A DNA stretch of 64,000 bases from the NCBI RefSeq assembly GCF_009914755.1, contig NC_060930.1; one strand, 5' to 3'. The notes below the pieces were generated by a model. That model made no database searches and was not told the origin of the DNA. It saw nothing but the letters and a program-made list of their open reading frames with translations. Made by a program: the position numbers and the translations under genes. This DNA comes from the human T2T-CHM13v2.0 reference genome, Homo sapiens. Within the stretch, counting starts at the first letter, position 1. Every line of letters begins with the position of its first letter. Positions 1-16,200 of this stretch are shown here, piece by piece.

Positions 1-3000
1 CAGCTAGGCCATTAATCCTGCCTGGAAATTATTCTGTTTCACAGACAACTCTCTTTTATTTCTAATAGTATTTATTTAAAAACTTCTCCACTCTCCTTAA
101 ACTTACTATGTTTCATCTTGCCTTCATAGTTCCACATTTGAAGGTCCTGACTCCCACTTCACGGATAAATTAAAAGCCTGTCTATTGTGCCTCATTCTGT
201 AAATGGCCAATTCTCTCTATATATATTCTGGGTCTCCTACCATTTCAGAGGTTACCAAAAACTTTTGTGTTAACCCAGTGATTTTTTTTTTTTTTTTTGG
301 TCCTTTACTTTCTTAACCTCTGCTAAATTTATCACTATTGACGTGTTAACTACTTCTTAAAATATTCTTTTTTTAGCTTTCTAAGACAGTATCTTTCTGG
401 CTTTCCTGCCATCTTTTGATTCTCTTTTTTTCTTATATCATGTATATGTTCCTCTTTTATGCTTATCCCTTAAGCAATGTTGCTTCCCAGTGTTCTATCA
501 CTTGTATCTTTTTACTTACCACACTTTTCTGGGGTGACCTCTTCCATACCCATAGCTTGAATACCCAGTATATGCTGGTGAATCTTAAATCTCTGTTTCC
601 AGCATAGATCTCTTCTGTGAAGCTTCCTGCTGACTGCTGGATATCTCTACTTGCATATCCCTTGTGCACCTTAAACTCAACATGTCCAGAATTGAACTCA
701 CATGCATCTGCAAAGATTCTCCTCTTTCTTTTCTTCTTATCTTGGTGCATCGTGCCTTCTTCATCACAGAAATCTGGATGTCCATCCTGATTCTTTTTTC
801 ATGCTCTCTCCTCGTATTTAATCAATCACAATTCCCTAGAAAAATGTGTCTTCTTAAAATTTCTAGAATCTATTGACTTTCATTGATCTCTACTGTTACT
901 ACTCCAGTTCATACCCATAATCTGTCACCTTGGTAGTGGAGTCTCTTGATCATTTCCCTGCATGTGGTTTTCTCTTCTAATCTATGCATCCAGACATGTA
1001 AGACCCCCATGGTGTGGTGCCTGCTGACATTTCCACCTTCTTCTCCGATCCTCCATGTTCTCTATGCTCATCTCCATGTCTTGGTTTTTACATGTGTTGC
1101 CCACTCTGCCTGGAATGTCCTACATTTCTTTGTCTAGCTTCTGTTTAGATTTCGAAAAAAAAGGTAACAGTTTTCTCTGCCAACAACCTTTGTCTGACTC
1201 ACACACTCCCAAGGTTTCATGAAGAATCCCTCGTATGTATTCCCCAAAGCTTGCCGTTATGATAGATTACTTAGAAAAATGTATTTTAATTTTCTACTGA
1301 TTTGATGTTACCTTTACTAGACTTTGAGCTTCTCATTCCTCACTGTATCTATAGATGTTATTTAAAATATTTAACACGAGATACAGCATTGGCATGGATC
1401 CAATAGAAAGAAGGGTGGGGCCCTTTGCTATGCCAGGCTATATCTCTTCAATTCACTGGACTTCACCTGGCTTCCTCCTTTCTGCACCATGGCCTGAAAA
1501 TTTTCCCCAGGGGGTAAACTGGAGCAATCATAGGGCTCACCAGATTTGTTTTCCATTTCCCAGGGAGCACTGTCTCATGCTGCCTGATGTTCAATATCTT
1601 GAGAAACATTATTATCTGTATTTTATTTATCTCTTTTTAGTTTTTTTCAGGTGGAAAGATAAGTTAGTTCCCTGTTACTCCATCTTAGGTAAAAGCAGAA
1701 GTTACACCATGTCTGTTACCTGTTTGAGGTGGGTGACGTTATATGTCAGTTATGAACTTTTATTGATATACTTAGAGAATAACTTAAAGATGAAGGGACA
1801 TCAGAAATAAGCATTTCTGGAGCCTTTATTTTATGCCATATTTTTTATGTACATGAATTTATTTCATCCAATTTGGTAAATCTTATTGTCCTGTTTTACA
1901 GATGGGCAAATTGTAACTAACCCTGTAACTAACCAAAGTTCACAAAGCTAGTCACATCCAGCTTTCAAACTCAGGCTTGGCTGCTATCAAACCTGCCTCC
2001 TTTCTCACTTACCCACACTGCTGGTTTGGTAAATTCCAGAGCCTTATTGTATTGACAAAGGACCTCATTACTGGGTAGGTAAGTGATCCACTAGAGTGAA
2101 ACTGTGCCTTGGTCCTGAGGTGAAGCGAGTCTTTTTACCTATCTTCTTTTTTGTAAAACCCTCCAGTAGTTCCCCATTCCTCTCAGAATAAATGCCCAAG
2201 AACTTACAATAGTCTGAAAGTCCAATGCAGCCTAGCCCCCCATGATATCTTTGGCTCCACTTCCTCCTCTTCTCTCACTGCTCGGTCTTTTCTGGGCTGC
2301 TGGCCTTTGCTCTGTCTGAGCCTGCCAGACGTGCCTCCTCTCACAGCCTTTACGCAGGCTGTTCTGTTTGGAATTTTCTTCCCTCTGGTATCTGCATGAA
2401 TGAGGATTATGAGACACATGTGCCAATTATATTTAAATTGTACCCTGCCTCCTCATCAACACTGTCGATCTCTGCTTCAGGTTTTCTCCTATAATTTACC
2501 ATCTCCTGACATAATGCACAATTTACTTAGTTATTAAAGATGTGGGGTTAAGGAGTTCCAACTCCTCTGTGCACTTTTATGCACTTAGAATGGTGCCTAG
2601 TACATTGTAGGTGCTCTGTAAATATTTGTTAATTAATTAATGTCCAAGGTCCTGTGCCAGATAAGACATCTCAAAAAACTCATAGTCTAATGGGAGGAAA
2701 CAGACACACAACAAGTATAAAACAGCGTGGAAGGGCAATAGTAGAGATATGTATAGGGAACATCACAAGCATTTAGTTTATTCTGAATGGCTCAATAAAC
2801 ACTTCCAGCAAATGGTAAAGCCTTTGCTAATCCCTTAAGGATAAGTTGGAGTCTGTCAGGTAAAAAGAGGTAAGGTTTTCCGAGTAGAGTGAATCTTTGT
2901 GCAAGGATATGGGGTCAGAATCAGCATGCCTTGTAGAGGACACTAAGATGTGATACTCTGGGCAGTGAGAACTCATGGAAGGATGCTTGTTAAGGGAGTG

Positions 3001-6000
3001 CCATGGGCAGATGAACCTTTATGGAGGGAATACTCAGGCTACAGTATCAATAATGGATTTGAAGAAGATGAAATTGGAGGCAGGAAAGATAATGGAAGGT
3101 TGTTGCATAGTACAGGGAGGAGTTAAAATGCAGATAAAGGACTGACTCATAAAAGTTTAGGAATTTAAAGCATCACGCTTTTTTATTTGATGGGATTTGG
3201 TTAGTGAGGGAAGGGGAAAAACCAGGTGACTCCAGGAGACTGTCAGTCAGTGCCTCTTGCACATTTTTTTTCCTGAAGTCAATTAATAACTGTCTATATT
3301 GATCAAGTGTTTTGTTGATTTGTTTTGTTTGATCTATTTTAAAATCCTTACAAGGTCCCATTTTCCATGAGGAGGTTAGGAGGGGAATGAGAAAGTAAGA
3401 GAACCTATCTCTGCATCACTAGATTGAGCTTCAGATAGAATTTCAACATCATATAGATAAGATAAAGCATTACGTATATATTATATTACATTGATATCAT
3501 AGAAGAGCAAAACTGCACATGCATAAGAATTTATACACCTATATTTTCGCATTGAGAATAGAGGCCCCAAATGTATTTCAGTTTGCTTGGCAGAAAAGAG
3601 TAGAACCACACTCCTTGATGTGAAATTGCATATTCTCTTTGTGTCCCTCTGCTCTTCACATACCTTGACTCACACATGAATAGGAGAATAGGGCAAAGCA
3701 CCATCTCCCTATAGCGTTCAAACGGAATGTTCTAGAAATGAGTGGAGTTGGCCGGGGCCCACTGCCCTCTGTGGTTACGCCACTGTGGGTGCAGGGTAGG
3801 TTTGGGTGTATGCCGAACACCTACTGCCCATGTGAAGGAGAGCAAAGCAATCTGTTGATGAAGCAGTTTGTTGTCATTGTTCCTATTCTGATCGTTATTT
3901 GAAACAGTTGTCTTGGCTATCGATTTTTGCAATGATGTTTTTGATGTGTCATTTGAATGTGAAACTTAAAATTAAGAATATTAGAGTTGGAAGAGATCCA
4001 GAATCATTTAGAGCAAATCTACTGAATTTATTGATGGGGTAATTAAAGGCCAGAGAGGCAAAATGATTTGCTCAATGTTTGTGGCATTTCAGGCAGAACC
4101 AACACTAGACGTTAACTTCTTGGGTCATTGGGTCACACTTTGGTTCTCTTTGCACTCTGTGAGTTATGAGGCACCTAGACAAGGAAAGGAAAGCCATTTT
4201 TAGGAAGATGTGTCTGTTATTATAGTAGGTTAGGAAGGAAGATTGAAGTTTAGAAGATACTGTCGTGTTTCAGACCTGAGACAGTGAAAGAGGACCTGAA
4301 TAGGGTGGAGTGAATGGGAAAAAGAAAGAAAAGGTGAATATGACATATATTCAATATATGTCAAGATAAACTCATAGGACTTGTGATGAGTTAGGTAATG
4401 CAGAGCATTTGTACTTGGTAGTTAGAATATATATGTTCTATATAGGCAAAAACACATACACACACACAACCCTCATACATATACCTATCACAGATACACT
4501 CTGTATTGGATATTCATAACATGCATATCACTAATAAAAACAAAACAAAACAGCAGTCAAAACGTTATTTTCTCCTTTAATCTTTGTAAAAACACTGAGA
4601 GATATTGTTGTTCCCTTTACATAGAAATAAGGCTCAAAGGGTTTAAATGTTTGCCTAAAGTCATAAATTAGTGTGAGGAGCTGAGGTGGGACTTGAAGAC
4701 AAGTTTCTTAATTAAAATCTGTTCTTTCCACAGGCGCCCTTTCACTCACCCCAAGCATGTAGGGTCTGAATTTTCTTCTGTGGTGAATTTTTAAACCTGT
4801 TATATCAGTCTATTCCTTTATTTTAGGCAGTGCATAGTACGGCTCCTCAGAAAACATATATCCCACACCCTCTTATCTGCTTTTCCAGATTTAAGTTGCC
4901 TTAAGCTATTGGTTTCCTCTGTTTGACAGCATACACCATAGTGTTTAGAGATGTAGTGCGTTATGGCATTAATTTTGCCTGGGGTCTTTCTTGAGCTATT
5001 CATCCTTCAGCAGCTGGAGGAGAGCCATATACACTCTAAATCTGTGTACTACCTAGCGAAATCTGTAAAGCCAAGCTTCCCATCCAGGTCATGATTCACT
5101 GCATCCTAGGAGTTTGTGCATAGAAGCTTGACTCTTCAGTATGGTGTCTGAGTAACAGATCACATTCTTCATGGATGTGACAGTTGTGGCTTCTCTTTGG
5201 GCTTTGTTAGGCATAGGCTAGACTGTTAGACATCTTACAAATCTCCTCTCCCCACAGTGCCTTACACAGCACCTTGTCTGTATTAATTGCTCAAAAACAT
5301 TGTTGAATGCATGGTTAATGAAAGTTATTATTGGCATTATTCTGTGGACTTTTTTCTTTGACATTTAACATTTAAATATATACAGATGCATATATATACA
5401 CATACATTATATATACACACAAATATTAAACTATACATATGTATTCTCCATACATTTCAAATATACATAATTGATAAGTCAGTACACAGATAAGTTGTAT
5501 GAAATCTGAAACATGAAGTTAAGGTTTTGTGCAACATGAGTGCTTTATATTTTAGACAGATTAGCTGGGGAAATGGTAGTCCAGGAACTAAGCACAACTC
5601 TATAAATAAGGGCAACCAAATAGATATGAGGGATCTAGAGATAAACATTTTCAGTTTAGAATACTGTATATTTCTTTTTTTTGACATATATTTGAAAAGA
5701 GAGAAAACGGTAAACCCAGGAGCAGTAATTTCTAAAGTAATAAAGATTTACTTACATGGCCTTCTGTTCCTTTTGTTGATAAGGATGAATAGAATGATAT
5801 AATGCCCTGTTCTCTCCCTCTAGTTTCTGGGCCACTGTTATATTGTCTAATAATATCCACTCATAGGACATAGGGTGGCCTTTCTCTCTTTTTATAAGGG
5901 TATAATTATCCAGTAGAAAGTCAATATTCCTTTCATCAATTTTTAAAATTACTTAATTTCTTTTGTTTCGATAGGTATAGGCCCTGCACGGCCTTACAAA

Positions 6001-9000
6001 TGAGTAAGGGATACAGCCCAGGAGCAATGTCCAGCTGCACTGTTTTTACTTACATAAACTCATGAACAGTGTGTCAGCCAGCTTTACACACTGTGACCGT
6101 GAGGGATGTATTTTCCCAAACATTACTGATCCTTTATTGAAATGGAAAATTTAGTTTGCATGTGGAATAATTTCCCTTTGCAAGTCAATTGTGATTTATT
6201 AAATTTCCTTGTCCTTCACAAGATGTCAATGGTGTTATCTCTTGATACACCTCAGGACACGTCTTGTCTGTTTGTCGTCACTAGGCCTTCATGATATACA
6301 GCCTTTATGATATGTCTTCCTGAACTCTGAACTCTTGTAGGAAATGGATTCTATCATATAAAACTCAGTATCCTCCAAATATGCCTCAGATGAAGTAGAT
6401 TTCAGATAAATATTTGTAAGTTAATGAGATAATTTTATCCTGTATGAAAATAATTCTGAAATGGAAGACAGCATGTAGATACATCGTAAATATTGTTCAC
6501 TCTATGTGGACATCTCTCCATGGCAAAAGAAGACTCAGACAAACCAAACTATTATACTACCACCAAAAAAGTCTGTGCAATTAAAAAACAGTGCAACACA
6601 ATGCAACAATGCATCCAGCCATGATGGTCTGAATAGGTGCAATCTCATTAAGGCAGAACACCCCCATGACTGCTTCATCTTGCATCTGTGGTGCCTAGCA
6701 TGGCAGCCAGTACATGGTGGGCATTAAAGATAGACATTTATGAATGATTGAATAAGACGCCCCACATTTAAAACTCAGAAAATATGTTTTATGCTATTAG
6801 TTTTGCTTGAGGTCCCATTTAGTATGTGTTATGTGTGAAGGTGGGAATAGTGGCATTGTAAAATGGAAGGAGTACATTTTTGAGGTGATTAGCCATAGAG
6901 GAAAAGCTGTAGGAACCTATTTGGGCAAATGACACCACTGTGCAGGAAATCTCTAAGGAGATCTGTAATTCTTGGCTTTAGTACAACACCAAAAAAAAAT
7001 CATCCATACCTTATTATGCAGAAATTTCCCATTATTAAGAGATGTTAATAGTGAATATGCATTCATATTCACTATTAAGAGAATGAACACTTATTCAGTA
7101 TCCCCTCTGGGCAGAGCTGATTGATAAACATCCTGGTGTTAGGCAAAGACTATAGAAAGAAGGGGTACCTTGTGTAAAATGTAAGTTTTCTCTCCTGATT
7201 ATGATTTTTGCCATTACTACAAACAATATGTTGCATTTGCATACAACTTACAATTTTGAAAGCATCGTCTCAAACATACATTATTCTTCACTCCATCTTC
7301 CTTGTTAGGACAAGAGCTGTTTTTCTGGTTTCATACATGAAAGCCTAAATAATGTCTCTCACCTGGGAAAAAGTAGAGACAGGACTAGAGCCCAAGCCTT
7401 CCAGGCATCCATTCTTTCTGCCTGCCCACTTAGACTTAAAGTAAGACTCTGACAGCAGGCTCTTGAATTTACCTTTGCTTATATTATAACAACATCCAAA
7501 GCAGGGACAACCTTGATGACCTTGACCAACTTTAACACTTGTGTAAATACAAGAAAAATCAACTTTGCTAAACTTGTGGTGTGCCCATAGGTGACAGTAA
7601 GCTAAAATGCTAACTCCATGGCATAACTGCATTTGCTACATGCAGACAGATAGAGTTGATGTTTGTCATGGTATGAGCCCAGGGAATCAGACAAGTACTT
7701 CTCTAAACTCTTCCCACTCAACTTAATACAAGGTAAGCAGGTCCTGCAGTAGTTCAAGGACCTGCTGCACACTGTATACAGAATAGGGTACTGTTTAACA
7801 GCCTTTTATCTGTCATACGTTTCTTTTCACTTACTACTGTTACTGTAGCCTGCCTCCACATCAAGCTTCGCTGCAGAAAGGAGATGGATAGACACCTTTA
7901 AAGAATTATTCTTCCCCCACTTCTTCCCTCCATTTGGCTTCCTCTTAGACTGTGCCTCAAGTGAAGACAAGGCTAGTTACGGCCTCATTATGCAAGAGGT
8001 CAGAGTGAGATGTGAGGTGTCTACCTTTCTCTCTAAGCAGATGCACCCAACCAAAGTGTGCAGAAAGAACCACTGCTGTTCCTACTACACGCTGATTACA
8101 GTTGCACCTGGAGCCACATTCCAGCATCAGTGTCATTCAGATCGTCTTAGTTCTATCCAAGAATTCTTGTAGAACCTAAGAAGGAGAGCTGATCAGACTA
8201 CCAGCACATTAACTCAAACATGCCACGGAGTCTAAATAAATCAAGTAATATCATACTTGGGATAAGATTTAATATACTGAGTTTGTGGGCGAGCCACGAT
8301 GTTTTGAATCTATTCCATATGCCTAAAATTTGGTGATGATATGTCTTATTTAGCATGAGTTCTCAAGAGTAGCCTTAGACATTGTGCATTTCCGTGTCTT
8401 GATATTTGGACATTTTCTTGTGGGTGTCCTGAAGCTCTTCCTCACTTTGAGGTGACATTGAATTGCAAAGTCTAGACTTTTCTGAAATTGAGAATTATAT
8501 TATGGGATGGGATTGAAACCATGGTTTTCTATTGTTTTGCTTAAAGCTAACTTTGAACAACAACAGCTCAGCTTTAGAAGGTGTTTTGCCTATAAAACCA
8601 TTCACATAATCAAAAGCTGAAGTGTATGCAGGATCAGCTTAATCAGGACAGAGTTATGGATAGCCGTATACTTCCCTAGTGTTTATAGATAGGATTGTGA
8701 ATTTGGAAGGGAAACCCAGTCAGCCTAAATTACTTGTGTTATAACTGGAGAGTTCACTATTCTCCATTATAATGGGGTTTTGAAGATATGATATGCCTAC
8801 AAAACTCTTTTTTGTTTTTAAACTTACTATCTTTTTTCATTAGTAAATATGTGAAAGTTTTAGTATCAGTGCTTTTTGCTTTGAAAGGGAATACAATTAT
8901 TAATTTTACCCATTTCTTATTATGATATTGCAAACAGACAACAGCAGAGACAAATACACATGTGTACCCACTTGCTACCTATATAAGGCCTTATAATCAT

Positions 9001-10667
9001 TTTATATTCACTATAGATCGTAAAAATAAACACTACAGACTCTGATGAGGGTCTCTATACTCCTCTGAGATATCGACCCCATTGCTCCTTGAGAAAAACA
9101 CTATCCTGAATTTAGAAGTTATCATTCCCATAAGTGCATTCACATTATATTTTAGTACATATTTATGAATTCAGAAACAATATATAATATGCTTTTGCCA
9201 GTTTTAAAAATCCACATAAATATAAAATTGTATGCATAATGCTGTGACATTTAAAAATCTAAGATTATATTCTTTATATTTATTCCTATTAATACATGTA
9301 GCTCTAGCTCATTTATTATAACCGCTGTATAGTATTTCATTGTAATTATATGGCATAGACTATGCTCTCTTTTAGATAGACATTTAAGTTATTTCTAATT
9401 CTTAACTCTTAGAAACCATGTTATGGAATAATTTTTCTGGAGTTGAAACAGAAAAGAGGAATTTGGGGACTTAGTGCAAGGTACTTGCTTCACCATTTAT
9501 TGTGTAATACAAGTTTTAATAACAGTAAATTAAAGTATTAGAATGTGTGCATTCAATAATAACATTTTGTAAAAATATTTCAAAGATTTCAATAAAAATT
9601 AATAAACACAATTGGTAGAATATCCCTCTGCCTGCTATTGGCTTTGCTGCCTCCCTAGTCTTTAGTTCCCTCAACCCAGAATACCCTTGGAATTGCCCCT
9701 TCTGACTTGGCTGGCCCTGTAAGGGCTTCCTGTCTTCCTGCTGAGTGTATGCAGCTTTGAGTGAAGTTCTTTCTGTATCTCTGGCAACAGTTTTGTTTTC
9801 TCTCTCTACCCACCTTGCCCACTCTCTGACTGCTTCCCATCCCAAAGGAGAGATGTGTTTTCAGATGGCACTTCTCATCTCTACTCAGCCTTTTTTTGGA
9901 GGGTGAGTGGCTAGATATGGGCGATGGGGAACACAAAGGGAAATGCTAAGACACAAGGGGTTTTCATGAGTGGTAAAATGACTGGAGGGTTTGCAGGAGG
10001 ATCAGGGAGGAGAAAGAGTAAGGAAAGGGGAAGGAGAGAGGGAACAGGGAAAAATCTAGGAGGGGTGGACTAAGATATTATAGTTTCAAATATCAGTATT
10101 TATGCAAAATACACAAAAATATATGCTAGTACTTTAAAATGGCACCTATTAATGGAAAATTAAAAACCGGTGTTACAGTTAGTAGTAGTGTAAACACATT
10201 TTCAACTTTACTAGATAATGTAATATTTCTTTCCAAATTGGCTGTACCAATTTACATTCCCAACAGCAGTGAGAGAATTACCCATTTTACCACACTCTAG
10301 TTAACGTTTGACCTTTATTTGATTTTGTAATGTTTGCCAGCCTGATAGGTTTGATACAATGTTTCATTGTTGTTTAAAGTTATAATTCATTCACTGATTA
10401 TTAGGACTGTAGTGAATACTTGTCCAGTGCATTTTTATAACTTTTATAATTTTTAAAATAAATTTTATTACAAAGGTAGTATAGTTTTATAATATCATTA
10501 AAATCATTAAAAACACAAGCAAGCAACCATCAGCCGCCACATAAACATACCTCAGTTTGACATATGTATGTGCCAATGAAGCCGTTACCACAGTCAAGAT
10601 AATTAACTTATTCATCAACCCCAAAAGTTTGCTCCTGCCCCTTAATAATTTATTCCTCTCTACTTAT

Positions 10668-11799
10668 TGTTACGGGATCTTTGGGGTGTCAATTTTCTAG
10701 CCAGAAACCTCTGTGACCGTGGCGCCTTTACCCAGGTTCTTGTCCTGCATCCAGGAAGAATGAGGTACACAGACAAGTGAAGAGTGAACAAGATAAAGAT
10801 GAGTTTTATTTAGTGTCACAACAGCTCAGAGGAGACCCACAGTGGGTGGCTCCTCTCTGTAGGTGTGTCATCCGTGGAGTGTTCAGTTCTCAGCAGAGAG
10901 GAGGCTCTGGAGAGAGTAGCCTGTCTCTGCAGCTGGTTGTCCAGATGGCTGCAGCTCTCAGCAGAGAGGGTAGCTCCTCTTTCTGCTGGTTGTCCTGTTG
11001 TCTCTTTGCCCCCTTCGGCCATCCTCTGGCTGTCCTATGCCCTGCTCTGGCTGAGCCCAGGGCTTTTACAGACCTCAGAGGGGAAGAGGGAGGAAGTGCC
11101 TGCCAAATGGTCCATGGGTGGCCATTGGTGGCCCAGAAGAGGCACCAAGACTCCCCACTCTGGTCTGCAGGACTGGCGTCCCAGCCCCCAGCCTTCAGGC
11201 CCTCACTGGCCTGAAAGTGGGGCCTTACTGAGGACCCTCCTCCTTCTGCTCAAGAATCAGTCTGCCTCCTACTGCCATTCATGGCCCTGGTCTCGGCCCC
11301 AACCCCTGCTCTGATCTTGGAGCAGGTGCCAGGAGCAGAGAGAGGCCAGGCAACGGGAGCAAACACCCCCCCCAGCCTATAAGGATGGGGGTCCTTCCTG
11401 GGGGCACCGTGGGTGCCAGTGGCAGAGACGACCCAGATCCTGCACCTGGGAGGGCAGGCACAGCTGCACCCAGAAGCTCCCACCCTGCCAACTTGGAAGG
11501 GGCGGGACTCCTACTTGTCCCCAGCTCCTGCCTTCTCCATGGAGTGGGAGGCCCAGGTCTGCAGCTGTGGGTCAGGTGGCTGCAGCTGCACCCAGGAGGG
11601 CAGATTCTGCCTGTTCTTGGCACCCCTCAAGAGCACAAGGAGGCTTGGATCCACAGCCGCAGTTTGGGCGGCTACAGTGGCATCCAGGGAGCTCCCGCCC
11701 ACTCAGAAGGGATGGGGCTCCCACCCGCTCCATGGAGTGTGCAGCCCCAGCAGTGCCTCCCTGCTACAGCCAGTGTGATGGCATCAACTACTGCCATCA
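10668..11799 (-). mobile_element. MER52-family ERV1 solo LTR (GC-rich) inserted into an L1M 3' fragment
   Basis: Starts tgttacgggatctttggggtgtc and ends ctgccatca (TG...CA), the reverse complement of MER52 termini; L1MB-like antisense sequence flanks it at ~10545-10667 and ~11800-12000. Confidence 0.75.
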
Positions 11800-14700
11800 C
11801 TACCACCTTCCTCCCTCCAATCTCTTGGCAACCATGGATCTTCCTTGATAGTTGCTTTCAGAGCCTTCTGTGTTGTAAGTGTGTATCAATGGGTCATTCC
11901 TTTTATTGCTGAGCAGTATTCCTTTGGGTGGTGGTACTACAGTTTATCTATCCGCTCACCTATTAATGGACATTTGTGTTATTTCCAGCTGTTTAATTGA
12001 CCACTTAATCTTTCACAGAAGAATATATATATGCGCCTATAAATTTTGTCATATGCAAAATGTTAAATAGGAAATAATCCCTGTTAGTATTGTAATCAGT
12101 GCCTGGGACAGGACGTGCATAGGTATTCAGTAAGTAGGTGTTAAAGGAACTTAGACATGTTTTGGCAAAATCTGCAATCTAATTAGGAAAACAAAGCAAG
12201 CACACCTAAGAAATTAAAGTGCACAGAGCAGTTGACCTGAATGGAAATCAGTAATATAATAATATCCATCTTCTACCCAAAGGTCATGACACCCCCCCAA
12301 CCTCGCCATCAGCACTTACTTGGAAGTCTCCCTTCTTTCAGTTCAAGGCATCCTAAATTAAATCACTCATCTTTCACTGAAAACAGTCCCTCCACTTTCT
12401 TCCTGTTTTGTTCAAATCTTTTCCTAACTACTGAGTTCAAAACCTGAATTATTTTTGTAATGTCCCTCTGTTCACATTTGATTAGTTTCCAAGTTCTGGT
12501 TATTCTGCTTCCTAAATGCCCCCACTTTGTTGCCGCTATGACTGCTTTAGTTTAGCTCTAACTATCTCTTAGCTCAGCACTTAGTCATCTATCTTGCCTC
12601 CTTGACTGGCTTTCCCCTCTCTAATTCAGCCTCCACATGGTCATCACACACTTTTCTGAAGTGTAATTTTGACCATGCTGCTTTGTTGCTTCTACCTCTC
12701 CATTTGCTCCTCATTGCCTGTAGGCTAAAATTCAGACTTCGTGGGATAGCACTGAAGATGCTCTATGCTTTTCACGCTTTCTCCCTGACCTCTATCATGC
12801 AGAAATATTTAACTGCTTGCAGGAACGTGAACACACGATGCCGTTTCCCATCTCCATGCCATTGAATAAACCTGTCCATCCATCTTCTGGAATGTTTCGC
12901 CAACTTTGACCAGGAGAAAACTCAGAACTCAGATTTGAAGCCTTCTTTTATCTCCTGCATACATGTACATTTACAGAAAACTCAGTAAAGTTAACCACTC
13001 CTCATCTATGCCAAGTGTCTACAACACTGCCCTTGCACTGTTGCCAGATCTTCCATGCTAGACTGTGACCACAGCAAGTGGCTTTTTACCTTTGAATCTA
13101 GTAACAAGTACAAGAGCAGTTACCTAATAGGTACTCGGCAAATATTTTGGGTGCTGAATAAATATGAGTAACTCAAATTATGGTGCTCAATAAATACGAA
13201 TAAATGAACATGTGACTGAAATAATCTGATCATCAAGTTGTAATATCCCAGCCAACATATGCCTCTTGTATTTTACTTGTTTTCACTTGTCACCACCACC
13301 TTAGTCAAAAACCATTTAACTTTCTTCCTGAATTGTTGAATCAGCTTGCTAACCTATGTCAGTAAATTATCCCTCTTTTCTAAACTATAGTAACACAGAT
13401 TAGCTAGACTAATCTTGCAAAGACTGCTTTAATTATGTTATTTCCCCATTAGATTCCACTGCCTGGCTTTCAAAAGCTCTAGCTACTCTAATAATCAGAC
13501 TTTTTTCTATTGTATAACACAGTCTCCATTTCAGCTAACCCATTCTTCCCACTTGTCCATAACAAGCTCTGTTCCTTCCAGCTTGTGTGCCGGTGCTCAC
13601 ATTTATCCTTTTGCCTGAATACCCTTGTCCTCTCTTCCCATCTGTCTGAATTCTACTGACTATTTATGCCTTGCTAAAGTTGGCACCTGCATCATATCTC
13701 CTTTCTATCTATATCTATATCTATCTATTTATATCACATCTCCTTGGAACTTCTGAACTATAGCAATTTGCTATTCAAAGCGAATAGAAGTTACAATGTA
13801 CATATTTTCTCTCTATATATCGGAATCTATATTTTCCCCCCTACCCTATACTAGAATATAAGCTCCACAAAGGCAGAGAATTTTTGTCTGTATTGTCTGT
13901 AAAGGAAAGCCAAGGGCTGAGACACACAATATTTCTTAAATAAGTGAATGAAAGTATGAAATTAACAGTTGCATGGTGCTGGTTCAAATAATCCTCATTT
14001 CCTCGGAAGAAAAGCACTTTGAAGAAAGTATGAACAAATTTGAATTTCTGAATTTTAAAGTATGTGATACTTTAGAGGCAATTTCTTGAGTGGAATCACA
14101 AAACCATATTCACTTATCTAAAATGTAGCATTAAAGTTCTGAATTTTAGAACCACTTCTGAACGTCATGATTTCTGTACAAGATAGTGTCAATTAGTCAA
14201 TCATGTTATCTGGAATTTTTATGCATTAGTATAAATTGAAATTAACTCAACATAGTTCTATTACAGAAGTGGATAAATGGAGCATGAAATGATATGAGAA
14301 CATTCTACTCAAAGTAAAAAAGTAGATTCAGGTTCTTGGATCCAGATTAATGTGATGATATCTGTATTTTGACAGGGGTAAGGCCATTTTGCAAGTTTTT
14401 CCTAAATTCCATGATTGTTAAAAGGAAAAAATTAAAGCTCACTCTATTGAAGTCCTTAGCTCAAAATTTGACACGTACTAGATATGTGTTAAATAGTTGA
14501 ATGGAAGCCATTGGAGAACCATTTTTTTTAAGAGGAGGGGGACTTCAGAAGGGCAGTGACATAGTTCCAGTTGAATTTGAGAAAAAAATTAGGGTAATTG
14601 TCTAGAGAATGATATAGAGAGAAGACAGAAGATAGTAAAACCAGGAAGTTCTTTGTTCATTCATCAAGGTTCAGTTATAAAGCACCTACTACTTGGTATA

Positions 14701-15304
14701 TACCTAGGGCTGAGTGAATAACTAAGATTCTGTTATAAGTATAGCCTGCTGGAAAAATTTAGATGAACAATTATGATGACAAAATTTAAGAGTGATTAGA
14801 GGGAAAGGAGTGAACACTTTGGAATCTATTCTGCTAGAAATGCTGATTGTACTTGGTGAACGGTGTAAAAATTGAGGGTTTGAAGACACACTCCAGTGTT
14901 CTGATTTGAGAGACCAATTTAATAATATAGTTAGAGATAAGAGTATGAGAAAGTATGAAAGGAATGATGATGGGGTTGGTTGTGGACATATGAAGTTAGA
15001 AGAGTCTATAGAAAATCCCTGTGGAGATAACCAGTATAGAATTATAGGTAAGTTCTGGTGCTCAGAGAGATATGAGGGCTGAGGAGGGATGAATTTGGAA
15101 TTAATCAACAAAAAATAGTTGTTGAAAACATAAATCCATGTGGAATTTCCCCAGAAGGGTGCTTACCTCATTGAGATGAAATAAGGGCTGAGGCTGCAGA
15201 TACGGACAGCAGAATGTTAAGAGGACAAGAATGACACTCAAAGACAGCACATCATGGCTAGATGTGACGTCAAGAAACCAGGAAAGAGTAGTTGTATCAC
15301 TTAA

Positions 15305-16200
<896 letters not shown>

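Noticed and set aside
1355-1810. 151-aa ORF
   Set aside because: Overlaps a degraded L1ME-like 5' fragment; no known domain or splice support
7736-7766. 10-bp inverted repeat AGCAGGTCCT/AGGACCTGCT
   Set aside because: Short arms with an 11-nt spacer; close to chance level
10777-11912. Cluster of overlapping 60-175 aa ORFs on both strands
   Set aside because: All lie in the GC-rich MER52 LTR, where stop codons are scarce; no recognisable protein
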